From NCBI GenBank assembly GCA_016180765.1, contig JACPAP010000024.1, positions 1-41,149 of the forward strand: a stretch of DNA of 41,149 bases, given 5' to 3'. This DNA is from Gemmatimonadota bacterium. GTDB lineage: Bacteria > Gemmatimonadota > Gemmatimonadetes > Gemmatimonadales > GWC2-71-9. Each line of letters opens with the position of its first letter. Within the stretch, counting starts at the first letter, position 1. The position numbers were made by a program, and so were the translations under genes. Below, piece after piece: positions 18,440-25,977 of this stretch. The notes beneath the pieces are model-generated. The model did no database searches, was not told where the DNA came from, and was given only the letters and a program-made list of their open reading frames with translations.

Positions 18440-20316
18440 AGCGGGGCGCCGGCATCGGGCGCGTGGTGGCGACGGAGGCCACGCCGGCCACGCCACACGA
18501 GTTCCGGTTTCGTGCGGCGGCCGATGAGGACGCGGTCGGCATTGGCGCGCTGGTGCGGGTAAGCGGCGACGGCGGACGGCGGGTGTATGCGGTCGTGACT
18601 GACGGACGAGCGTACGAAGCGGACGGGGAAACGGGAAACGGGAAACGGGAAACCATCCTGTGGACCGCCTCCGTGCTCCGGCAAGTCCCCCCTGAGCCGC
18701 TCCGGCCGGTGCCGATCGCGGACGTGTATCTGGCCGCGCCGGAGGACGTCGCGGTGGCGCTCCGGATGGACGCGTACTCGGCGGGGTTGCCGGTGGGGTT
18801 GTATGGGAGCGAGGCATCGCGGGCGCCGGTGCAGCTGGATCCGGATTTCCTGGTGGGGCCCGAAGCGGCGCACCTCAATGTGGGAGGGGTCTCGGGGCTG
18901 GCCACCAAGACCAGCGCTATGGTGTTCCTGCTGGCCGGCGCCTTCCAGTGCTTTCCCCGTTCGAAGGGCACCATCGCCGCGGTCTGCTTCAACGTCAAGG
19001 GCGGCGATCTGTGCTTTCTGGACCAGGCGGCGTCGCTGAGCGAGCCGGATGGGGCGATGTACCGGGCCCTGGGACTCGAACCCCGGCCGTTCGCCCGAAC
19101 GCGCTACTTCGCGCCGTTCAAGCCGGACGGCGTGAACCTCAACACCCTGCGCTCCCACGAGGAGCTCCGATCCTCGGTCCAGCCGCTGGTGTGGGGCTTG
19201 CCGGAGGTCCTGGAGTACGCCGAAGTCCTGCTCAACCGGGAGGACATCGACGCCAAGGCGGACGCCTTCATCGATTTCCTGGGAGACCGGGTGATTGGGA
19301 GGGAATTCGCCGACGACTGGGGCGGGGTGCACCGGGTGACGAGCTTCGCGGATCTGGACCGCCTGTTCCGCGCCATCTTCGACGGGCTGGAGCAGAAGGG
19401 CGGTCGGAGCGACATGTGGAGGACGCACCACGTCGCCACGATGCGCAAGGTGCGGAACCGGCTGCTCAACATCTCGGTGAGGTGCCGTGGGCTGGTGGCG
19501 GACGACGGCTCGTCCAACGATCTGCCGTTCGGCGCATTCGAGGATCGCGCGGTGTACGTGCTGGACCTTGCGGGCACCGATCAGCTGGCCCAGGATCTGG
19601 TGTTCACGCGAGTGGTCTCCAAGCTGCGGGAGCATCTGGAGCGCCGCGACCTGGGCGTGGAGCACGTCATCGTGCTGGTGGACGAGCTGAACAAGTACGC
19701 GCCGGCGGATGGCCCCGAGAGCTACGTCCGGGAGATGTTGCTGGACATCGCCGAGCGCGGGCGCTATTTGGGCCTGGTGCTGTTCGGCGCCCAGCAGTTC
19801 CGCTCCCAGGTGCACCGTCGCGTGGTCGGCAACGCCGCGACGGCGATCTTCGGCCGCAGCGACCTGGACGAGCTGGGGACGGCGGGGTATCAGGGCTTGT
19901 CGCCCGCGACCAAGATCAAGCTGGCGACGCTCCCCAAGGGGGAGTTGATGGTGCGCCACCCGCACTTCACGCAGCCCGTGTTCGTCCGGTTTCCCCGCCC
20001 GCCTGTGCTGCTGGGCGGCGAGGGGCTGGACCGGTTCCCGCCGGCCGCCGACGCGGCGTTTGACGAGGCGGTGACGCGACAGCTGGCGGCGTTGGACCGC
20101 CGGGTGGCCGCCGCCACGGTGCGCGATCTGATCGCGGACCGAGACCAGGACGATGTGCGGCGGGCTCTGCTGGCCACCCGCCGCGCCCAGCCCGACGATC
20201 CGGTGAGCTTCTTCCGGGCACGCCTGGGCCCGCGGGTGGCCCGCGAAGGGCGGGACCAAGTGGCGCCAGGCGTCCGACCTCTTTCCTCGCTGGAGGATCC
20301 GTATGCGAGCCAGTAG
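18436..20316 (+). CDS. HerA-like (HAS-barrel + FtsK/HerA-fold) ATPase with non-canonical P-loop
   Basis: 626 aa from the ATG at 18436 (ATGA overlap with the OMT gene). N-terminal HAS-barrel-like GRVVATEATPATPHEFRFRA...GALVRV...RVYAVVTD. Walker B HVIVLVDELNKYAP. HerA-like GLVLFGAQQFRSQV...NAATAIFGR. Confidence 0.75.
   Translation: MKRGAGIGRVVATEATPATPHEFRFRAAADEDAVGIGALVRVSGDGGRRVYAVVTDGRAYEADGETGNGKRETILWTASVLRQVPPEPLRPVPIADVYLAAPEDVAVALRMDAYSAGLPVGLYGSEASRAPVQLDPDFLVGPEAAHLNVGGVSGLATKTSAMVFLLAGAFQCFPRSKGTIAAVCFNVKGGDLCFLDQAASLSEPDGAMYRALGLEPRPFARTRYFAPFKPDGVNLNTLRSHEELRSSVQPLVWGLPEVLEYAEVLLNREDIDAKADAFIDFLGDRVIGREFADDWGGVHRVTSFADLDRLFRAIFDGLEQKGGRSDMWRTHHVATMRKVRNRLLNISVRCRGLVADDGSSNDLPFGAFEDRAVYVLDLAGTDQLAQDLVFTRVVSKLREHLERRDLGVEHVIVLVDELNKYAPADGPESYVREMLLDIAERGRYLGLVLFGAQQFRSQVHRRVVGNAATAIFGRSDLDELGTAGYQGLSPATKIKLATLPKGELMVRHPHFTQPVFVRFPRPPVLLGGEGLDRFPPAADAAFDEAVTRQLAALDRRVAAATVRDLIADRDQDDVRRALLATRRAQPDDPVSFFRARLGPRVAREGRDQVAPGVRPLSSLEDPYASQ
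18626..18653 (+). repeat. Heptamer block (4 perfect copies of GGGAAAC) inside the herA-like gene
   Basis: Read directly from the sequence. It encodes GETGNGKRET between HAS-barrel strands. Confidence 0.85.
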
Positions 20317-21190
20317 CGTCAGCCGCGTCCTGTATGGGGTGGTGGGGGCGGTCGTCAGCGCCGGCAGCCTCGCCGGGCAGCAACCCGTCTCGATTCAGTT
20401 CGGGGCTTCCCCCGGCGCGGCGGTGCGCACCATCACCTCGGCGCGCGGCACCATGGTGTTTCACGAAATCAACGAGGCGGGCCAACGGATCGGCGACAGC
20501 GTGATGGGCGAGATGACGGCTCTCGCCGGCGTCACCCACCGCATCCTCGAAGCCCAGGCCGGCGGCTACGTGGTCGAGGTGCGCTACGACTCCCTCAAGA
20601 CGCGGGCCCGGCTGGTGGGGCAGAACTGGAAGGAAGACGTGTGGTTCGGAGCCGCGCAGGACGCGGCGCGGGTGACGGTGGACGCGCGGCTGCGCCCGGC
20701 GGGAGGGACCGGCGGTGGCCTTCCGGCGGATCCGGTCGCGAACGGAGGCATCGCGTCCTGGCGGGGGGTCGAGCTGCCGGACCGTCCGGTGTCGCCCGGA
20801 GATACTTGGACGGTGACCACGGTGTATCGGCTGCCGGCCCAGCTGGGCCAGTTGCTGGACATCGCGATCCGCGACTCCCTCATCGCTCCCGCCACGGTCA
20901 GGCTGGACTCCGTCACGGTCCGGCCGGCAGACTCGCTGATGTACTTCACCGTGCTGCAGACGCTCCCCTCGGCGACCCTGCCGGCGGTGGATGCCGGCGA
21001 CAGCGCCACGGTGGAGCTGGTGGGCTCGCAGGCGGCCAGCCTGGTGTGGTCCACCGGATGGAACGGGTACGTCTCGGGGGCGAGTCAGGCCAGGCTGGTG
21101 GGGCGCCTGCAGAGCCGCACCGCCGCGGGGACGCCGCGGATGGCCGAGATCCACTGGACGCTATCGAGCAGGCTGCAAGTGCGGTTGTGA
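20303..21190 (+). CDS. Hypothetical 295-aa protein with a hydrophobic N-terminus, in the NurA position of the operon
   Basis: The ORF overlaps herA by 14 nt and mre11 by GTGA. N-terminus VLYGVVGAVVSAGSLAGQQ. The rest is Val/Thr-rich and beta-like. I found no recognisable motif. Confidence 0.6.
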   Translation: MRASSVSRVLYGVVGAVVSAGSLAGQQPVSIQFGASPGAAVRTITSARGTMVFHEINEAGQRIGDSVMGEMTALAGVTHRILEAQAGGYVVEVRYDSLKTRARLVGQNWKEDVWFGAAQDAARVTVDARLRPAGGTGGGLPADPVANGGIASWRGVELPDRPVSPGDTWTVTTVYRLPAQLGQLLDIAIRDSLIAPATVRLDSVTVRPADSLMYFTVLQTLPSATLPAVDAGDSATVELVGSQAASLVWSTGWNGYVSGASQARLVGRLQSRTAAGTPRMAEIHWTLSSRLQVRL

Positions 21191-22371
21191 GGATCGCGCA
21201 TCTCGCCGACGTTCACCTGGGATTTCGCCAGTATCACCGTCAGACCCCGCAGGGGATCAACCAGCGCGAGGCGGACGTGGCGCAGGCGTTCCGTCGCGCC
21301 CTGGACGACGTGATCGCCGCCCGCCCCGACCTCGTGGTCGTGGCGGGCGATCTGTTTCACTCGGTTCGCCCCGTCAACGCCGCCATCCTGGATTCCTTCA
21401 ACCAATTCCGCCGCCTCCGCGAGGGACTGCCGGAGGCGCCCATCGTGCTGATCGGCGGCAACCACGACACCCCGCGCTCGGTGGAAACCGGCACCATTCT
21501 CAAGCTGTTCGAGGCGCTGCCGGGCGTGGTGGCCGTCCCCCAGGAGCCGCGGTACCTGCGCTTCGAGCAGCTGGACCTCTCGGTGTTCTGCGTGCCGTAC
21601 GCGGCGGCGGTGAGCGCCCGGCCCCGGCTGGTCCCCAGCGGGGATGCCGGCCGCAACGTGCTGGTGGTGCACGGGCGGCTCGCCGGGCTCTTACCGGGGG
21701 ACGAGTGGTGGTACGATCACGCGGGTCCGCCCATCGAGCCCGGGGAGCTGAACCCGGAGCGCTGGGATTACGTGGCGCTGGGACACTATCACGTGGCGCA
21801 CCGGGTTCGAGAGAACGCGTGGTACGCGGGCGCCCTGGAGTACGTGAGCCCCAACCCATGGGGCGAGTTGCGTGACGAAGAGCGGGACGGGCGGTGTGGC
21901 CAGAAAGGCTGGTTGCTGGTCGAGCTGGGCGCGCGCCTGCGCGTGGAGTTCCGGCCGGTGGCATTGGCCCGCCGGGTGATCGACCTGGAACCCATCGAAG
22001 GGGCCGGGGTGCCCGCGGAGCGGCTCGACGCTCTCGTGTGCGAGCGCGTCACGGCCATCCCGGGAGGGATCGACGAGCAGGTGGTGCGGCAGCTGGTGTG
22101 GAACGTGCCGCGCTACGTGGCGCGGGACCTGGATCATGCCCGGGTCCGAGAATTCAAGGCGCGGGCATTGCATTACCACCTGGACATCCGGCGGCCCCCG
22201 CCGCGGCGCGAGGTGGGGGTCGGCGGGCCGGGGTCGCGACGCAGCTTGGCGGATATCGTCGAGGACGTGCTGTCGCGCCGGCCGCTGGAGGCACAGCTCG
22301 ATCGCCAGCGCCTCCTGGCGCTGGCGCGATCCTACCTGGAGCGGGTAGAGCGCGAGGCGCCCGAGCCCTGA
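21187..22371 (+). CDS. sbcD: Mre11/SbcD-family nuclease (calcineurin-like phosphoesterase)
   Basis: Motifs IAHLADVHLG, VVVAGDLFH, IGGNHD, VVHG and ALGHYH. GTG start at 21187. Confidence 0.85.
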   Translation: MRIAHLADVHLGFRQYHRQTPQGINQREADVAQAFRRALDDVIAARPDLVVVAGDLFHSVRPVNAAILDSFNQFRRLREGLPEAPIVLIGGNHDTPRSVETGTILKLFEALPGVVAVPQEPRYLRFEQLDLSVFCVPYAAAVSARPRLVPSGDAGRNVLVVHGRLAGLLPGDEWWYDHAGPPIEPGELNPERWDYVALGHYHVAHRVRENAWYAGALEYVSPNPWGELRDEERDGRCGQKGWLLVELGARLRVEFRPVALARRVIDLEPIEGAGVPAERLDALVCERVTAIPGGIDEQVVRQLVWNVPRYVARDLDHARVREFKARALHYHLDIRRPPPRREVGVGGPGSRRSLADIVEDVLSRRPLEAQLDRQRLLALARSYLERVEREAPEP

Positions 22372-24791
22372 TGCGGCTCCACCGCCTGAAGCTGGTCAAC
22401 TTCCGGCAGCACGTGGACAGCGATCTCACGTTCGGCCCCGGCATCACCGCGATCATCGGGCCCAACGGAGCGGGGAAGACCACCTTGCTGGAGGCCATCG
22501 CCTGGGCCCTGTACGGCGCGCCCGCGGCGCGGGGGAGCCGCGAGTTCCTGCGGTGGAACCGCGCGCCGGCGCGGGCTCCGGTGCGGGTCGAGCTGGAGTT
22601 CGGGGTCGGCGCGCACCAGTATCGCGTGGTGCGCGGGCTGTATCAGGCGGAGCTGTATCAGGACGCGGGCGATCGGCCGGTGGCGAACAGCCAGCAGGAA
22701 GTGACGGCGCGGTTGGAGCGGGTGCTGGGCATGCGCCGCGACGAGTTCTTCAACACCTATTTCACGAATCAAAAAGAGCTGGCGGTTATGGCCCGCCTGG
22801 GGCCGGCCGATCGGGCGCGCTTCTTGTCGCGGATCCTGGGGTACGAGAAGCTGCGCGAGGCGCAGGACGCGCTGCGCGCGCGGCGCTCGGAGCTCCGGGC
22901 GGAGCAGGCAGGGCTGGAACAGGGCCTGACGGACGAGGAGACGCTGCACCAGGAGCGGGTCGGCACCCAGGAGCGGCTGGACGCCGCCCGGCGGCGGGTG
23001 CGCGAGGCGGAGCGCTTGAAGGCGGCGGCCGAACGCCGGCTGGGCGCAGAGGGCCCGGCGTGGTCGCGCATGGTGAGCTTGCGCGAGTCGGTGATGTCCC
23101 TGGACGGGGAGCGGCGGCTGGCGGAGCAGCGCGTGGAGGAAGCACGGCGCGAGTTCGAACGCCTGGACCGGGAGCTGGCGCAGGCGCTCGAGGCGCAGAA
23201 GGGGCTGCGAGAGATCTCCCCCAGGCTGCAGGTGGTGGGAAGCCTGCGCCAGGAGCTGGACCGCCTGGAGCGCGAAGCCCAGGCGGCGGATCGGCGGCGG
23301 GACCTCTCGGGGCAGCTCAAAGAGGTGGCCAGTCAGATCGAGCGGGCCGAGGTGCGACTGCGCGACCTCGAGTCGGTAGACCAGCACCAGCAGCGGAGCG
23401 AGCAGGAGCTCGCCGCGGCGCACGCCGCGCTCAAGCAGGCCCAGGCCGTCGACGAGAAGGCCCGAACCGCGTGGGTGCAGGACAAGCAGGAGGCCCAGAC
23501 CAAGCTCGACCAGGCGCGGGATCAGTACAAGGAGTTGCGGGCGCACCGCCAGGGGATCCAGCAGGCGGGCCCCGACGGCACCTGCCCCACCTGCCTGCGC
23601 CCGCTGGGCGCGGAGTATGAGGCGGTGCTGGGCACGTTGGCGCGCCAACTCGAGGAGCTGGAGCTCAACGGCAAGTACTACAGCCAGCGGGTCGAGCAAT
23701 TGACCCCGGAGCCGGACGAGGTGCGTGACGCGGAGGCGCGCAGGCGGAGCGCGGCGTCGCGGGTCGAGGACCTGGTGCAGCAGGCGGCGCGGGCGCGGGA
23801 GCGGGTGCGGGATCGCGACGAAATGGCGCGGGAGTCGAGGCGACTGGGGGAGCGGCGGGCCTCGCTGGAGCGGGAGATCGCCTCGCTCCCCGATCGCTAC
23901 GATGCGGATCGCCATGAAGCGGTCCGGATCGAGCTTCGGGGGCTGGAGCCGACGATCGTCCTGGAGGCCGCGCTCCGGGTCCAGGCGGACCGCGCCGGGC
24001 GGTTGGTGGCCGAGGCGGAGGTGGCGGATCGCGAATTGACCGATCGGGAAACGCACCTCAAGCAACTGTCGGCGGCCATCGCGGATGCGGGGTTCAGCGA
24101 GGAGGCGTTCGTCGAGGCGCGCGAGCGCTACGAGGCGGCGGAGCGGGCGGTGCGGGACGTGGAACTGGAGCTGTCCACCGTGCGGGGTGACGAGCGGGCG
24201 GCCCAGCAGTTGGTCGAGGTGGCGGAGCGACGCCTGGCGGAACGAGCGGCGCGGGCGGCGCGGCTGGTGGAGCTCAAGACGGAGCTCCGGCTGCACGACG
24301 AGCTGGATCGCGCGTTTGGCGACATTCGGACCGACCTCAACGCGCAGCTGCGTCCCGAGCTGTCGGAGATCGCCTCGACGTTCCTGGCCGAGCTCACCAA
24401 CGGCCGATACCACGAGCTGGAGCTGGACGAGGAATACCAGATCCTGGTTCTGGAAGACGGCCTGGCCAAACCGGTCATCTCCGGAGGGGAGGAGGACATC
24501 GCCAATCTCGTCCTCCGGTTAGCGATCAGCCAGATGGTGGCCGAGCGGGCGGGCCAGCCCCTGAGCCTGCTTGTGCTGGACGAAGTGTTCGCCAGCTTAG
24601 ATGAGGAGCGCCGGGAGCATGTCCTGGCGCTGCTCCGGCACCTGGGGGATCGGTTCCCGCAGGTCGTGATCCTCACGCATGTCGAGGCGATGCGGGCCGG
24701 CGTGGATCGCTCGCTCCGCGTCTCGTTCGACCCCAATCGGGGTGCCGTGGTCACCGAGGAGGACGGACCGCTGCAGGATGTGGCAGCCTGA
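22371..24791 (+). CDS. sbcC: Rad50/SbcC-family SMC-like ATPase with zinc hook
   Basis: 806 aa. Walker A GPNGAGKTT, long coiled coil, CPTC hook (GTCPTCLRPLG), signature SGGEEDIANL, Walker B LLVLDEVFASLD, H-loop ILTHVE. The ATG at 22371 overlaps the mre11 TGA (TGATG). Confidence 0.9.
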   Translation: MRLHRLKLVNFRQHVDSDLTFGPGITAIIGPNGAGKTTLLEAIAWALYGAPAARGSREFLRWNRAPARAPVRVELEFGVGAHQYRVVRGLYQAELYQDAGDRPVANSQQEVTARLERVLGMRRDEFFNTYFTNQKELAVMARLGPADRARFLSRILGYEKLREAQDALRARRSELRAEQAGLEQGLTDEETLHQERVGTQERLDAARRRVREAERLKAAAERRLGAEGPAWSRMVSLRESVMSLDGERRLAEQRVEEARREFERLDRELAQALEAQKGLREISPRLQVVGSLRQELDRLEREAQAADRRRDLSGQLKEVASQIERAEVRLRDLESVDQHQQRSEQELAAAHAALKQAQAVDEKARTAWVQDKQEAQTKLDQARDQYKELRAHRQGIQQAGPDGTCPTCLRPLGAEYEAVLGTLARQLEELELNGKYYSQRVEQLTPEPDEVRDAEARRRSAASRVEDLVQQAARARERVRDRDEMARESRRLGERRASLEREIASLPDRYDADRHEAVRIELRGLEPTIVLEAALRVQADRAGRLVAEAEVADRELTDRETHLKQLSAAIADAGFSEEAFVEARERYEAAERAVRDVELELSTVRGDERAAQQLVEVAERRLAERAARAARLVELKTELRLHDELDRAFGDIRTDLNAQLRPELSEIASTFLAELTNGRYHELELDEEYQILVLEDGLAKPVISGGEEDIANLVLRLAISQMVAERAGQPLSLLVLDEVFASLDEERREHVLALLRHLGDRFPQVVILTHVEAMRAGVDRSLRVSFDPNRGAVVTEEDGPLQDVAA

Positions 24792-25743
24792 CCGCGTAGT
24801 CCAGGGCCCCAGGCAACTGGTTGAGTCGGAGATCGGACCGCTCAACCGGCTGTTTGCGGACGCGTTCACGGACCGGTATCGCAAGGACGGGCTGGTGGGC
24901 GTGCGGGTCCCGCAGCTGAACCCGGACGTCTGGCGCTACGCGCTGCGTGATGCGGGCGACGGGGCCATGGCCTGGACCGACGAGCGCGGCGACCTGGTGG
25001 CGTTCAACGTGGCCCACCACAGCGGGGTGGAAGGCTGGATGGGGCCACTGGCGGTGCGTCCGGACCGGCAGGGGCTGGGCCTGGGCAAGGCGATCATCCG
25101 CTCGGCGGTGGAGTGGCTGGTGGAGCAGCGGGTGAGGGTCATCGGGCTCGAGACCATGCCGCGGACCGTCGAGAACATCGGGTTCTACAGCAAGCTGGGG
25201 TTCGTCCCCGGCCATCTCACCATCACGCTCACCGGGGACGTGCAGCGGAGCGTGCGGGGGCGGTTCACCCGGCTGAGCGAGCTGTCCCAGCGCGAGCGGA
25301 CGACGTGGTTGCCCCGGCTGCGGGAGGCGTTGGAGGGCGGGTTGCCCGGATACGATTTCCTGCGCGAGCTGGAGCTTACCTCTCAGCTGAGCCTGGGCGA
25401 CACCGTGGTGATCGGCTCCGGCAGCGAGGTGACGGCGTTCGCGCTGTACCACTCGGTGCCGCTGGCCGAGGCACGGCCCGGCGACGAGCTGCGGGTGCTC
25501 AAGCTGTACGCGGACTCGCTCGAGACGTTCGACAAACTGATCGTGGCGCTGGAGTCCTGCGCGGCCAAGCACAAGCTCCGTCGCGTGGCGGTGCGGTGCC
25601 AGACGGGATACCACCGGGCGTACCGCTATTTGATCGAGCGAGGCTACCGGGCTCGGTGGACGGACCTGAGGATGTGGTTGGACGGGTACGGGGAGACGGT
25701 GCTGGGTGGTGGCGGCGTGCTGTTTTCGAACTGGGAAATCTGA
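24778..25743 (+). CDS. GNAT-family N-acetyltransferase (two-lobed)
   Basis: MGPLAVRPDRQGLGLGKAIIRSAVEWL is the acetyl-CoA binding motif A. The ATG at 24778 overlaps the rad50 3' end by 14 nt. Confidence 0.8.
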   Translation: MWQPDRVVQGPRQLVESEIGPLNRLFADAFTDRYRKDGLVGVRVPQLNPDVWRYALRDAGDGAMAWTDERGDLVAFNVAHHSGVEGWMGPLAVRPDRQGLGLGKAIIRSAVEWLVEQRVRVIGLETMPRTVENIGFYSKLGFVPGHLTITLTGDVQRSVRGRFTRLSELSQRERTTWLPRLREALEGGLPGYDFLRELELTSQLSLGDTVVIGSGSEVTAFALYHSVPLAEARPGDELRVLKLYADSLETFDKLIVALESCAAKHKLRRVAVRCQTGYHRAYRYLIERGYRARWTDLRMWLDGYGETVLGGGGVLFSNWEI

Positions 25744-25750
25744 GAAAGCC

Positions 25751-25806
25751 GTTTTCCGTTACCCGTTATCCGTAACTGCCTTTACGGACAACGGAAAGCG
25801 GACAAC
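25751..25806. terminator. Inverted pair of heptamer blocks forming a hairpin between convergent genes
   Basis: 25751-25778 is gttttcc gttaccc gttatcc gtaactg (reverse-orientation units). 25779-25806 is cctttac ggacaac ggaaagc ggacaac (forward units). tccgtaa/ttacgga and ccgtt/aacgg pair around a 6-nt loop. It lies between the GNAT stop (25743) and the small ORF stop (25809). Confidence 0.6.
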
Positions 25807-25808
25807 GC

Positions 25809-25973
25809 TCACCGGGGGCGCGCCTTCTCGTCAGCCCTCACAATGCCCACCGCGATCAAGACCACGCCAAGGGCCAAGGGACCGTGCACCCATCCCGACG
25901 GGATCGCCAGGGCGAAGGCCAGCACCGCCCAGAGGGCCAGGGACACCAGTGCGAGCAGGAAGTAGCGGTTCAC
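25809..25973 (-). CDS. Small (54 aa) two-TM membrane protein, not in the ORF track
   Basis: GTG at 25973, 4 nt after the M29-like stop. Translation: VNRYFLLALVSLALWAVLAFALAIPSGWVHGPLALGVVLIAVGIVRADEKARPR. Strong GC3 bias. Confidence 0.45.
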   Translation of the reverse strand: MNRYFLLALVSLALWAVLAFALAIPSGWVHGPLALGVVLIAVGIVRADEKARPR

Positions 25974-25977
25974 CGGT

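Noticed and set aside
18626-18653. GAAAC-ending repeats as a possible CRISPR array
   Set aside because: The units are 7 bp and directly tandem with no spacers, the blocks are only 28 bp, and no cas genes are present. This is not a CRISPR array.
18226-20259. 677-aa minus-strand ORF
   Set aside because: It is antisense to the herA-like gene, Arg/His/Pro-rich, and has no motifs.
20303-21190. Calling the 295-aa protein NurA because of its operon position
   Set aside because: I could find no NurA-like acidic catalytic motif pattern or RNase-H-like layout, and the hydrophobic N-terminus is atypical. It is kept as unknown.
22332-24413. 693-aa minus-strand ORF
   Set aside because: It is antisense to rad50. 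The regular coiled-coil codons on the sense strand generate an open antisense frame.
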